Below are positions 11,656-63,607 of a stretch of 64,000 bases of DNA, in pieces; position 1 is the first letter of the stretch; the number at the start of each line of letters is the position of its first letter. The notes under the pieces were generated by a model that was not told the DNA's origin, made no database searches, and worked only from the letters and a program-made list of their open reading frames with translations. The stretch covers positions 8,932,769 through 8,996,768 of the forward strand of contig CM119270.1 in assembly GCA_051294375.1 (NCBI GenBank). Direction: 5' to 3'. The translations under genes and the position numbers were made by a program. This DNA is from Paraspadella gotoi (Eukaryota; Animalia; Chaetognatha).

Positions 11656-13404
11656 ATGCCAACGTGGTGTCGGGATCAAATACGTGACGAACTTTTATCG
11701 ACCCGTAGGGAGAAAGGGAGAAGAAAGAAAAGGGAGAAAAAGGAAGATAAAAAGAAAGAGGAAAATTAAAGAGAGAAAGAGAAAAAGAAAGAAAGAAAGA
11801 AAGAAAGAAAGATCAAATGAAAGACAGAAATAGGGAGTGAAATCTAGCTTTCATAATTCCTGCCTATCCAGTATCCACTTTGATCTACTCCAAAGTTTAT
11901 CACAATCTGTAAAAAAAATAATTTTGTCTATTTGCTTTTTAAGCTCGCCAATGGTCATAGAATCGTACCAGGCCTAACTAATCATATCCTTAAACAAAAA
12001 TAATTCTCTTTTCGCTCTTATTTTCGAACCATTTGCCTCTCTTCCCTTTCTTTACCTCATTTACCTCATTTCTTTTCTATTCCTGTTTTCGTCGTCATTG
12101 AGAATTTTTCTAATCGCCTGATATTCATCCCTGTCGAGACCGCCTGGTTTTTCAGGCGCACGTCTTCCATTTATCGTTATTCAGGCGGTCGAGACTGAGA
12201 ATCTTTTGTGGAGGCGGAAGCGAACGCCAGCTGCCATATGTTCGGCCGGAGACGGCGCCTGTTCCCAGGGTGCAACCTCCATCGCCTTCGCAACCATTTT
12301 GCCACTAATTGCCTCTCTTTCGGCCTCTAAACTTTTCCTTTCTTATCCCTGTCTTATCTATTTCACCTTTTCCACTTCACTATTTTTTTCCCTTCTTCGA
12401 CTATCCCCTCTTTTACGAATTCGACCCGGTCTCATTCCTATTTCCTTGTCTTCCCTTTCTCCCTCTAACCTATCTAGCCTTTCTATTCCTCTCTTCATTT
12501 TGCATTTCCCCTTTTCCATTCCCCGTTTTCCATTCCCTCTTTTCCCATTTTTCATTCCTCTCTTCATTTTGAATTTCCCCCTTTCCATTCGCCGTTTTCC
12601 ATTCCCTCTTTTACCATTTTTCATTCCTCTCTTCATTTTGCATTTCCCCTTTCCCATTCCCCGTTTTCCATTCCCCCTTTCCTCTTTTCCATTCCCCCCT
12701 TTTCCCTTTTTCATTCCCCGTTTTCCATATCCCCTTTTCCTCGTTTTCCATATCCCTTTTTTTCCCCTTTCGACTCCCACGATCATTTTTTCCCCTCTCT
12801 CCTCATGTTGTCATGAAAAATTCACGAAGTTAAAAGATATAAATTGAATCTCGTCTTTCTATTTAACTGAGTTGCAAAAAAAAAAAAAAACTCTTTTTCG
12901 GAATGGAGGCGAAAAAAAAGCTACTGTGGCTGTGCATTAGAAACGCACATCGCAGTTCTTAAAAGTCGCTCACAGATGCGACGAAGAGAGAACTCGAACG
13001 GAAACGCCTCCTTGGGGCTTAAACAAAGTCGATAGCGGGAATAGCAACGTAGCAAATTCATTCACCTGTTTTTTGTTTCCATTTTAAATACCATTTACAT
13101 ATCGACTACACAATCAGCCATTCTGTAAAATATGGGTTATTAAAAATAGGGAAGGTAGAAATATATCTGGCAACCTTTTAGAGTTCTCTTTCTCAAGTTT
13201 CAAATCGTGACGTGATTATCAATTTTTTAGTAAACATCATTGTCCTCCAATCTCCAAGTCTGTCTTTTGTTTTCAGGCGACATAAAGTGGGTGAACCTCT
13301 TGTCCGTTTGGAGCCGCCACGCGTTCACTCCAGCGCTCGCGCCACTGGCGGACTCCGGGGCATTCACCAAAGATGGAGGGAAGGACGGAGGAGAGAAGAC
13401 GAGG
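11656..13404 (+). CDS. Candidate N-terminal exons of the kinase gene (link to the kinase not resolved)
   Basis: 11656-11704, 12156-12269 and 13277-13404 chain in phase to MPTWCRDQIRDELLSTRARLPFIVIQAVETENLLWRRKR..GDIKWVNLLSVWSRHAFTP..EKTR. This ends in phase 0 while the next kinase exon needs phase 1, so an exon is missing or the frame differs. Only 13277-13404 has strong splice sites. Confidence 0.3.
12480..12770. repeat. Pyrimidine-rich tandem repeat (~69-bp units built of TTTTCCATTCCC motifs)
   Basis: At least three near-identical units. These generate the F/P- and K/G/R-rich pseudo-ORFs 12206-12847 and 12358-12786. Confidence 0.75.
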
Positions 13405-14176
13405 GTGAGTAAAGCGGAAGTGGGATTAGGAGATTGAAAGGTAAGCATTGTTCAACTTTCCGTCATTGAGAAAGAAAATACGAGATTTAAAGTGATTATT
13501 GAGAAAGCTAATGATAATAATTTTTAAAACTTTCTAAAAGATGTTTTTTTTGTCAAAAGAACATCCACTTCAAAAAGTTTTGGTTTAATTTATATCGGTC
13601 GCTCGTCGAGTAAAAATTTATTGTTTTTAAATCTTAAGATAATATTTGTTCCCTCAAAAATAACAGGCTTCATCTTAGGAAAGGGAAGAGAGAAATAACG
13701 AGAGAGAGAAAAAAAACGCGAGAACGATGTCACCACGTGGAAAGTACTATTACTTCTTCCGTCGGTCTGACACACACAATTTGTTGCTGGGTTTACGACA
13801 TACTACAACTTGAAAAGTTCAATATAGTATTGAATAAATGATATTAAAATTAAAATATAAAATGAAACATTAAAATATATCAATTTAAAGGTATTTTAAA
13901 GGTAAATATTGCTCTCTGTAGGTGTGGTTTTGTTGTAAACCAACAATGAACGATGGAAACGCCGTCAACGAATTTCATTGTTACAATTTTTCTAAAAATA
14001 GTCATGTGTTGAATTTCACTAATAGAATTGGAGTCAGTAATTTCTGTGAATAAAGGTCACGTGAGTCAGAACACTAAACCTAGATAATTAAAGGTTCAAT
14101 TGTTTCATTTTATATTTAACGGTCTCAACTGAAAAAAAGTTGAAGTAAATCTCCCTAATTTGATTTCTAAATGAGG

Positions 14177-14302
<126 letters not shown>

Positions 14303-14978
14303 CTAGTTTACGATAAATTAATATTTTTTAAAAAATTCTAGTTCGACAAAATCCAATTTAAAATCTAAATAACAAAAGAAATAGTTAAGGCGGAAACGAA
14401 TCCCGATGTAGCATGAGGAAGTAGAAGTGACAAAGATTGTGACGCGGATTGTTTGTTATTAAAACAACTTTATACATACATTGAATTTTAATAAAACAAG
14501 CATAAAAAGGGTTAGACCTCGTAGAGAAAGCAATGACTATAAATCAATCATATTTTTTCCCCAAGATGCGAGAAAAACTATTTCTTTTGTCGGTTGACTT
14601 GTTTATCGTTTGCGCCGTTTCTTCGATCAAAGGCGGCCTTGCCCTTGCTGCGGATTTTAGGTTTTTTATGCTGAAAAAGAGAAACTCGTCCATTCAAGTT
14701 GGTGGAAGAAAATAAACCATGAATTAAAAAAAATCTAAATGATTCAAATATGTTTTTTTCAATTGGTAGTACATTTCATTACTACATACTAAAACCAGTA
14801 AACCACAATAGCCCTTGCTTAGTAAATGTTTACCTGGTTTCTTCGAAAAGGAAAAAAACTTTTTTAATTTAAAATTCGGGCATGACTTACTATTTGTCAG
14901 AATGTTGGCTAAATATGTTGATTTACTCGATTGACTTCGACCTTGGACCTTACCTCTCACCTCACCTTCCACCCGCAG

Positions 14979-34969
<19,991 letters not shown>

Positions 34970-36437
34970 ACTATAGATTGATTGATTTTATGCCTGTTTG
35001 ATTGTTCGTTTGAATTATTGAATGATTGAGTTATTAATTTGTCTCACGGATTGAATTAATTTTGTTATTTCGGTTTGATTTTGAATATTTCTTACAGTTA
35101 CTCATTTTGCAATTATTTCTCCGATATGGGTTTATTCCATTGACGTTTGGGTGGGCCTTTATATTTTTTATTCGCGTGGTTTGTATGTAGGGTCTGGATT
35201 CACCTTGTCAAAGCTTGCCAAGATGTATACAATTTATATCTCAAAAGGCGGGAATTTGCTTGTCGAACGCTTTGCCAAGCATCGCTTGTATCTCGTTAAA
35301 CCTCCACACTCTCATTTTCCAAGTTTTTATTTGTTACTTACTCCGTTGATTGATGGCGTTCCTCAATTTTTTTTGTGTTGGATTAAATATATTTATTTTT
35401 TTTCTTAATTTCTTCACATATAAAAGGGTTTATAAACAATAATTAGGATAATAATTCAAACGGTAATATATTTTAATTTTATATCGAGATTCAGGTCAGA
35501 AAGTCGGTAAAGTTCGGTAAGTTGGGCACGAGGCAAAAAAGCAATAAAGATGAAATATAAGTTTAATGATCGAGCGAACGAATTCTTAATCTGTGTCAGT
35601 TCGTTGGTGAGACTCGACCAACGTGTCAGACTTTTGGTAACGAATCTCTCGGATTTTATGGGGAAGAAAATGAAGAAATCGGAGCTCGTCCTTGAGGCGG
35701 CGCCCGAGAGAGATTCCGTTCAAACTCCCACTACGGTGCGATACGAGACTTCCTCTTTTTCAGCACGATGGAAACACGGAAGGAATTTGATCTAATCATT
35801 TTTGAATGTTTGAATAATAGCTATGATTAATTAATTTAGAAAAAGATCCGAATTCGCTAGTTGATGCGACGCGCCAGCGCAATTTCGCGTTCTTTCGGAA
35901 TTAGATACGTGAGGGCGAGATGAACGGTTACCAGGTGGCTACGGTAATCGTTTGATCGTCCTCTTCGTTGTCGTCGTCGTGGTTGGCGTCGACGTTGTCG
36001 TCGTCGTTGTCAGGATTTTTCTGATTTTTCCTCCCTGATATTTATTGAAATAATTTAAACTTAGCTTATACTCATACTCACCAAGTATGACCTGTTTAAA
36101 ATTCGGTTCATTCGAAAGCTGAAATTTTAAGCGAATTTACAAAATGGCTTCTGACTTTAACCACAGCCGAGTTTTCGATTGATGAACAATGTTGCTCTTT
36201 CAACATCATTTTAACTCCATCAGAAAACGATTAAAACGCCATCTGAACTGAGAGGGTTCGGGAACTCTCGTGGCGTCTTTAGAGGCGTCAATGGGCAGAA
36301 GCGATTCGTTGCGATTAAATCCTAACAATTCCACAGGATGCCCTCTACAGGGACCCACAAAAACAAAAATAAACAATTGGCCAATGGGCAATTGGCGTTG
36401 ATTCAGAGGACCTCAGCGATGGGGATGAAGATCAGTC

Positions 36438-36559
36438 TCATTTAAGCTAGAACCGTTATACCCAGGGATTGAACACGGGACGGGCGGATGAAAACGAGAT
36501 GATTTAGCCTGCTCAGCCATTGAAATGAAGCTGAAGACGGCTGAAGATGGACAACAGTG
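36438..36559 (-). mobile_element. Second copy of the tRNA-derived SINE head
   Basis: CATTTAAGC.AGAACCG..ATACCCAGGGATTGAAC.CGGGACG..GAGATGATTTAGCCTGCTCAGCCATTGA matches 20238-20345. Confidence 0.65.
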
Positions 36560-37267
36560 TGGAAGCGTCAATATTTAAAATTGAGGAATTCCCCTGACAG
36601 TTTTCTACCGTTCGGTCAGTTGCTGCCAAAAAAAAAAGAAAGAAAACTCATGGTTGCGCCTTTCCTTCCCATTCTCTATCGCCTCTTCCTCCTCCTCCTC
36701 CTTCCCATACTCACCCTCCTCCTCATCCACATCTTCGTTGTGCGTCTTGCGAAAACTAGAAAACAAAAACGCTGTTTCGCTTTTCCAGTCAAAGACCGAA
36801 AAAAAATAACAAAAAAAAAAACAAATAAAATGAACAATTTTTTAAAAAAAGTCACACAAAAAGTCAAATATTAAGATGCCACCCATTTTTAAAAATTGGT
36901 TCATGTCTGAACATACCCGCTCATTTTCCAAGGGATAAAAACTGTTACTACCTCACTCACTCACTCATATTTTCGAGAGCAATTTTTTAATTCTTTCCAT
37001 TTTTGCGCCAAATTTGCTCCCGTCATCTCTCAATAGATCTCCAGTGAGTTTGGGCTTCTGTGCTAATTATACCAGAGACAGAGAAGATAATGAAGAATTG
37101 AGGATTATGTATCGACTCTATGAGCTCCGCTTTTCCTTCTATCGTGTCCTCTCTCTCTCTCTCTATCTCTCTCTCTCTATCTCTCTCTCTCTCCTCGTCT
37201 CTCTCTCCTCTCATCTTCTGCTCCTCTCTTCTCTATCTCTCTCTCGCTTTCTATTCAATATTTCCTT

Positions 37268-37304
<37 letters not shown>

Positions 37305-37332
37305 ATCTCTCTCGCTTTCTATTCAATAATTT

Positions 37333-37371
<39 letters not shown>

Positions 37372-38342
37372 TCTCTCTCTCTCTCTCTCTCTCCTCTCTT
37401 CTCTCTCTCTCTCTCTTTCTCTCTCTCCGTCCCCTTGTCTATTAGAGCTGCATATTTTGAATAAAATAAACCTAATTATATTTTTATATACCATTATTTA
37501 ATTTATCTCTTCATTTGGGATAATGAAGCTTCCACATATCTGGCCTGATCCAGTAGAATAAAAAAAATTATAACAATTGCAATATATGTAGTTTCTTCAA
37601 TTTCGACGAAATGTTTCCTATTTAATAACATTATTTAAATAAATTTTTATTAATAAAACCTGTTTAAGGATACAAGTTGTAACCCCGTAATCTGTTTAAT
37701 TTCTGTTGAACTCAGTTAAATTTCAGCTACTCTTTTATTATGATCCATCGGCGCCTTTGTTTTAGTAATATATTTTCTTAAAACATCATCGTCTGAGTAT
37801 AAATCATCAAGGATTTCAGACTCGTATTTTATTGCTATTTTTAAGAAAAGATAAGAAAAGATAAAAAAAGTTAAGAAAAGATATGAAAAGATAAAAAAAG
37901 ATAAGAAAAGATAAAAAAAAGATAAAAAGAGATAAGAAAAGATAAAAAAAGATAAGAAAAGATAAGGAAAAAAAAATTTAGTTGTTTTCATTAGTTTTTA
38001 TCTTTAATTTTATCTTTTTTTTAATGTTCGCTCGCCATTTGATGGGCAACTCTATATTAGAATATGGGGTTGTCAATCCTTTTGGAACATTTTGCCATCC
38101 ACTCAAATCAACCTCATAGTGAACATAGTAACAGTAAATGTTAGGATTCTTTAGACGTATGTAGAATTGAGTAACAATTGATAACAATTGAGTAACCGGC
38201 AAGTCACTCTTTTGCAGATCTTGGACCAATGACTCGTTCTGAGTTTTCATAATTGTTAAATAAAACTATTTTTGATTCTACTCGAAAACATGGAAAGTTA
38301 ATTTTGTGTTATTTCAGATTTTTTTCCTACTGGCTCGCAGGG

Positions 38343-50971
<12,629 letters not shown>

Positions 50972-51345
50972 CCTTTTGGGTACTATGACTCTTTTGAGAC
51001 CTTCGGCTTTTTCTGAGAATTTTCCTCTTTTAAGGAGAAAATGACGCGGGGCTTCGAGAGATAAATCGCTTTTTCTTCTTCTCATTTTTTGAGATGAAAA
51101 AAAATTTAAGGAGAAACTAAAGGGATATTTTTTTAAAACTTCGTCGCGACATGAATTGATTAAGTGGAAGGGTTTATAGAGGATGTTGCATTTGGGATTG
51201 GGGATTAGGGATTGGGGATTGGGGATTGGGGTGGAGGAAAAGAAATGAATGCGGGTTGAGACTCCTAGAAGGTGGGACTAGATTAATTCTATCGAAAAGA
51301 AATGAGGAGGGAAGACAAAAAATATTAGTGAAATCGTTATCATTT

Positions 51346-51413
<68 letters not shown>

Positions 51414-54278
51414 CTCTCTTTTATTTTCTTTTTCTTTTTACTATCGTTCTTCTCAAAACGGTACAGAAAACAATTTAAATCACAATAGATACTATTAGAA
51501 TTGTTTTTAATTTAGAAGATGGTTTAAAACAATTGACGGTTTTCAATCTAGTTTTAAATCGAGAATGATAGGACGACTTCATTCTGTCCGACTGTCTGTT
51601 CAAAAGGGTAAATACGCGCTCAAAATTTAGTACGTATTACCTTAAAGAAATTAAATTTTTTTTTTTTAATAATTTCTCCATCTTCTGAACTTACTCGCGT
51701 TTAATTTCCCAGATTTTGATTTTCGTTTATTGGTCCGTAATTTATAGTCGGATGTATCATTTATTTCGTTTTTGTAAGATGTCGTAAAAGTATTGGATGT
51801 CTCCTTCCACTCCCCAATCTCTTTAAACCCTCGATACTTGCCGCTCTCCGTCCCCACAACCTAAATTCCCTTTAACCCCCCCCCCACCTTTTTCGTCGTC
51901 AATTTCGTAACTTAGTCGTAATTTCGTAAAATCGTTTAAAATTTCGCGCGCAAAGTTGGGCGTCGCCACCTCTCGAAAAAAAGAAATCTATTCTTTCGTT
52001 TCCTCTCTTATCTCTCGCGATCCCTGACTGCGCCGGAATGTGACAAAAGAATCATAGTACGTGTTGTGGAAATCAAAAACCCTAAAAAACAATTTTAAAA
52101 AATGCAAAAAAAAAAGCAAAAAGCTTTCGACGTTGTATTTTTCTTTATTCCTTTTTGTGTTGTATAGATTTCTCTCTTTCCCCATCTCTCTTTTCTCTCC
52201 GTCTCTTTTGCATAATTGCCTCTCTCACTCTCTCAGCCTTTTTATCCCCCTTCGCTCTCCTATTTTAGATTAATTATTATTATAAATAAATAGAAAACTG
52301 TGTTCTACGTATGAAAAACTATCTTCCATTATAGTCTACTTAGAGGTTGTTTTATTCGTGTTGTTTTGATTAGATCCAGATCCGAGCTAAATCCATCCTC
52401 TGATTGATTATTGGTTATATGCCTAATTTGTTTTAAATTTTTTGACTTTAGTCTATTTAATTTTACGAGTCGATCAAGGTAATATTAATCTTAAATTGAT
52501 CCTTGGGTCGCTGGATTTTTTGTTTATGAGATTGTCTGCACCTTTTTAAAAAAAAAAAATTAAAATACAGTTAAAAACATAAGTTTGAGATCGTTCTAAA
52601 ATAATTCCTCGAAGAAAAATATTTATAAAAAACAAATTATATTTTTTACCCTATGTGTAGGTTTTTCAATGATTGTTTTGTGTTTTTCTTACCTTGCCAA
52701 TTGCAATTGCAAATATAATCTCCGATGTTCGGAAAAGTATAAAAATCATTAAGTTTACCTTTCTCAGTAATCAAGGATATGTTTCAAAAATTGCCGAGAT
52801 TGAAATTTAGCGGCATTTATTAAAAATTGTATTTGCCTAAAAAAGAAAGACTTGCGGATTAAATTTGTAGTATCAATTTAATTGAATGTGAGGATTTTAC
52901 TAATATGTATATCTCTAACTGATACGTACTCCGTTTTTTGATCACGTTTAATTTCCATAGCAATGAGTGGTAATGCAAGTAAGTTTGACACCGAACCCGC
53001 ATTAAATTTCATAATCATTTGAGGAGATCGAGAACTTTCTATTAACCTACCCAGTTAAATTTTATTATCGACTGTCATATCAACTCGATCCAATCGATGA
53101 CGTGAGTCTCGCTCGTCGCTCGATCTATCACGCCAAAACCAGTGAACCGTCATTCGAAGTCACGCGAGCGAAATCAAGGGCGCCATCGACCGACCGACCG
53201 GTCGTATCTGTGATTCAAATCGGTATCCATCAAAGAAAACTTATTCCCTCCTCCATTCCCCGCTCACACTGGAATTCAGTGTCGATGTCAGTCGAAACAT
53301 CAACAAGAATAAAAAGTTTGTTTTTTTTATAAACAGCGCCGGTTTGATCGGAGAGAAAGAGCCCAATGAAAGTCGTGCCGTCTCGGCTGGGGGCACGGAT
53401 GGAAGGGCCAAACTTTGAATGGTGAAAAAAAAAAGAGAAATGAATGGGCGACGGAAAAAAGTCAGAATGAAAGGGAAACTGAGAGCGGGAGAGGGAAGAG
53501 AGTGAAAGGAGACCCCATAAGGTGAGGGTGACCACGTGGATGACCCCGCGATTGACCCCAGCGGTGACTCTACCCGAGGTAGCTTTTTTCAATCCCGAAA
53601 CCAACCGTCGGACGACGTAAAAGAAAAAAAAACAAAAAAACAAAAAAACAAAAACCGAAAACAAAGAAACAACAGAGATTTTGTTTCGAGCGAAGAGAAA
53701 ACAATGAAGAGACGTTTCGTTGGTCGATCGTATCAAAGTCGCGAAATCGTCGGCATGGAACAGAGATCTTTACTGATGGAACCGGCGGGACTTTTCCAAC
53801 TTTGGCTTCTCTAACTATATTTTCTAACAAATTACATTGGTATTGCAAATCTTCAGGTTGGTTGTTTGTTTGTTCCTCTATTAGTTCGTTTGTTTACTTA
53901 TTTTTTCGTTCGTTCGTTCATATCCATGATTACTTACTCCCTTACCTCCTCTTCCTCCTCCTCATCTCGACGACAGTGTCAACGAGGGCAACGACTCCAT
54001 TTGTCTCCGACATCTCCGTCTCTATCGCTCTCTCTCTCTCTCTCTCTTTCACTAATTGCGCGTCTCACTCTTTTCTTCAGTTCCCTCACCGCGACGTCGT
54101 CTTCGATCCCAACAAATCATTTCGACGCCAAAAGAATTAATTCCTACGACGAAGATAAACGCCGTTTTTTTTTCTTTTTTCCATGGATTTTTCAGCTGCT
54201 CGCGATTAAGATTTCTTTTTTTGCGATTATTAATAATTGTATTATATACTAATTTTTATCCCATATTTCTATGCAAAG

Positions 54279-58177
<3,899 letters not shown>

Positions 58178-59762
58178 CCTTTTTTTCGGTTAACTTTGTG
58201 GGTCTCGCGCATCATTTTGCCGGATTTTCCCGGCATCCCGATCACCGGCGCCGAACGTCGTCGGCCTCGGAGCGAGTGACTCCGTAATTTCAAAAAAGGT
58301 GCCAGAACCTGGTGAACATAATGCCGATAATAAAAATAATATGACAAACAATTACGACGATCCGCAATTGAAATTCTATAGAATAACTCGGTTTAAGTGT
58401 AAAATTTCTTATTTTCCAGTTTACAATTGACCAGTTTTCTGCTATGCATTTGGCTGTGAGGAGATAAATTTTCGGATTTTAAAATTTATAACTACTTTTT
58501 TATGAAAATAATAATATTTTTTACAATTATCTTGTTTGACCGCATCGCCTTGTCCTGCCTATGCTATTTTAGGGAATAACACGTTTGTAAATGGAATGTT
58601 AAATTAAACTGATCTCAAATAGGATGATGTTGATGACGTATTTGATATTGATGTGACGCCGTATGTGCAAATGACCTTGAATGTTCGTGTTTCTTATCTC
58701 CCTTTTGTTTAAAAACCCACTCGTGCTCTTGGCCGATGGCATATTGTTCTTTGAATCTTTGTTATGTAGCTTAAAAATAGAAATTATTAATTTTGGGCGA
58801 TTGTATTAATGTTAAATAAATTTTTAAAACATTTATGAAAACTTTTTTTTATGGAGGAGTGCTTTTTAAATAATAGACAAATAATATTCGTTTTATTTTG
58901 AATTCAACAAGGTTGATTTAGTACATACTTAAGCATCAAACAAATCTAAGGCTAAAGACAAAACTAAGTTTAAGATTGTGTAAAAACTACAAATATCCGT
59001 CGAGAGAGGTCATAATTTTCCGGAAGTCGGCTGGATCATAATGACGGATAGATTCGAGTCGAGGGCGAATAACGTCAGAAGTTTGGGTTTATGACGAAAT
59101 CTTTCAGTGAATTGCGTCAACTTGGTGGCGTAAATCACCCAGGCTGACGTCGAGAGGCAGAGAGAGAGAATATAAATTAATTTGAAAAGGTTTCTGGACC
59201 AAAGAACGCGAAGGGCGTCGGACAACCAACATCGAAGTCTACCCTTGAGTTTTGAACGACTCTTTTTGTACAAGATCTCGACGCTTCAAGATCGAACCGG
59301 TTTTATCCGGATTAAAAAGTTTCACTAAAAAATCGAGCGAATTGAAGGATCTCTCAAGGTAGTCGCCGATTTACAACTCCCCCTACAGTACCTAACTGAC
59401 CTTGAATTTCCTGTTATCTACATGTATCTTAAAAAAAGGAAGTTGTATTCATCATGTTTTTATTGAATCATACTTAATTATTGATCATATTAATCAACAA
59501 TTTCAAAAAAACATTTTCAATAGTGATCCTGACAAACAAAATTGGCGAGAAAGTGACACCTGTAAAGGGGATGTACACTGCATAACAGTTTTAAATTTTA
59601 CCAATCTGTACAACATGTAATCATCAAGATTCATTACCTAAATAAAAAGTACAGGGCCCTCGTGTTTCTTACATTTTGTTTCTCCCAGAAAGCCGATCCT
59701 CGCCGCCGCCTGAATGTTGCTTTCTCTAACGCCTGATGTTTCTCAGCTCCGCCTGGCTCTAC

Positions 59763-61157
<1,395 letters not shown>

Positions 61158-61182
61158 GAAAGGGATATCGTAGGTGCGAACG

Positions 61183-61335
61183 GAGATGCAATCGAAGATA
61201 CGACCGAAGATGCGTTCGAGGCCGCAATTGGAGATGCAATCGGGGATGCGATCGAAGATAGGATTGGAAGTGCGATCGACGCTTCGATCGTAGTTGCGAT
61301 CGGATGTGCAATCGGAGATGCGACCAAAGATACTA
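61183..61335. repeat. Degenerate 12-bp minisatellite (GATGCRATCGRA)
   Basis: About 12 imperfect units just upstream of the rhodanese ATG. Confidence 0.7.
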
Positions 61336-62167
61336 ATGAAGATTTAAAAAACAAGATATCGAAAACTTTTAACGAGATGATTCGTCTTTAATTTCTTTTA
61401 ACTTCAAAAGTTCAATCGAAGAAATTGTCCCGAAATTGATTTAGACGTGAATTCTTATAGTGAAAACAGTCGAAAATGAGAGGACGAAGCCGCATCGATT
61501 CGGGGCGAAAAATGGCCTCGAAATCCGAGAGTAATATCGAAATTCTTTGACGATTTGCCTTTTTTCTCCCAGTATTTTTTTTTCTTCTTTTTTTCGTTTA
61601 TCCGTCGGGAGCTTCTGTCTTTGAAAATGAGAGTCGAAGGAGCTCGATTTTTTTTGTTTTAAATTAGAGTGAATAGTGTCATTCGGAAGTGATCTTGGTT
61701 TGGTTTAAAATTTCAAATTTAACGACATCGGGAAGTACAAGTGTTATATAAAAATTGAAATATGAAATTTTTTAAAAAAAATTTGCCTTCTTAAACTAAA
61801 CTACTTTACTAAATCACTAAATTAAAAAATCTTTTAAATGCGCTGAAGAAGGCTTGCATTAAAGCCGAAACATGTACGAAATCAAATAAAATCGTTATTT
61901 ACCTTAAAAACTCCTTTTGTTAAACTGAATTACTTAAATATTAATTTCATTGTTGAATCATTATGCGTTACTCTTTGGGAGACGACAATATCCCTGTTAA
62001 TAAAAACAACTTTAATTGAACTTTTCACTTTTCACCAACCAGCGATTTCACATCAATCTAGCGATAGTTTAAATTAAATACTAATTCGTTTTGTCATAAT
62101 TTTTCGATACTAGTACAAAAGGGGGAAAGATATATGGGCGGGAGAGAAAAGAATTAAATAAAGCTAA

Positions 62168-62235
<68 letters not shown>

Positions 62236-63607
62236 CAGAATGAAAGAGAGAGAGAGAAAAAAAAAGTAAGACAATATAAAAAAACTGGAATCGAGTTCTT
62301 CCCTTCGACAAGTTTTGGAAAGAACGAAGAATAATCTCTGTGTCGTCGTTTGGTTTCTCACTTCGTAATTTCGCGGTTCTTTTCCCTGATTGGCCTGAAG
62401 CGCCGGATGGAGATAAGTAGCGACTCTAGATCGATGGTCGACTGGTTCAAATTTGAGAGCCGCGCGGTGTAACTCATGCCTAATATTATTTTATCACGCT
62501 CGATTAAGGAGAAGGGGGCCGCTTGATTGAACAAAAAACTTCCCAGAACTTACCTGGCTCTCATTCTTGATCGGTCGTTATGATCAAGCAGCAGCAACGA
62601 AATGTTTCATCTCAACAACGACTGAACTAAACGAAAATGGGCAAAAAATGAGAACACTCTGATTAAGACACAATGAAAAATGGCGTAACGTTACTGTTCC
62701 GTGCATAAAAAAAATTCACTGTTCAATATTATTATATTTTTTTTTATTTTTTAAAACGTTATAGTTTCATATATTGATATCCAAAATGTCAATGCAAAAT
62801 CTTTTTTTGTTTTTTAGATATGACTGAATATAGGGTGAAAGATGATAATTTTTAAAAAAAGTTACTTATTCATATTTATTCATAGAATTGTAATAGAAAA
62901 AAAATAAAAAAAATAATAGTACTAATAGTTAGTGTTATATCTCAAATAGATGGAAAAAAAACCTCATTTAAAAATTTGATCGGGAAGTAGGGTAACTAAG
63001 GCTTACCAATGGCATCCTCCATGCCGATTGTTCTCTCAAATAATTTTTTTTATTTAATACATTTGAAAGGGAAAAAAAGACAATTTGGAATGCAGGTTGC
63101 AGAAAGGGTACAGATAATCTAGACTTATTGACATGATAACTATGACCTTTTATATCTTGGGAAATGGGGCAGTAAAAAAATCTAAAAAATTTTATCATTA
63201 AGTCAGTCAATGAACCTTTTCCAATGGGCTATTACGAGAAATATTTTTTCTTAATTAAAATGGATGATAAATAATAGAATTAAATACCTTGCTATATTTA
63301 AAAAAAAATTATCAATACAATTTAACACATGATGTTTTGCTTTATAATTTTTTACAACTTTATTATGATAAACAAGCAGTATGTCAAGCTTTTAGTTTGC
63401 AGTTAAAGATAAAGAAAAATAACGATTTTTTTTTTCACAGACAAGAAGGTAAATGTCCAGACTGTTTATATCAAGCTGAAAACATTTTTGTATTTATCAT
63501 TTTTAATATTTAAAAATACATTTTATCAAGCTATAACATAAATTTTTGCTTGTTTTTTACTTTAACTGAAAAATATAAGCAATTTTATGGAATTAAAAAA
63601 ATTTAAT

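Noticed and set aside
59010-59273. 87-aa minus-strand ORF with a hydrophobic stretch
   Set aside because: Non-ATG start, no recognisable motif or splice linkage; likely 3' UTR or intergenic.
62548-62560. ACTTACCTGG resembling the U1 snRNA 5' end
   Set aside because: Downstream sequence does not match U1. It is better read as a minus-strand CAG|GTAAGT donor.
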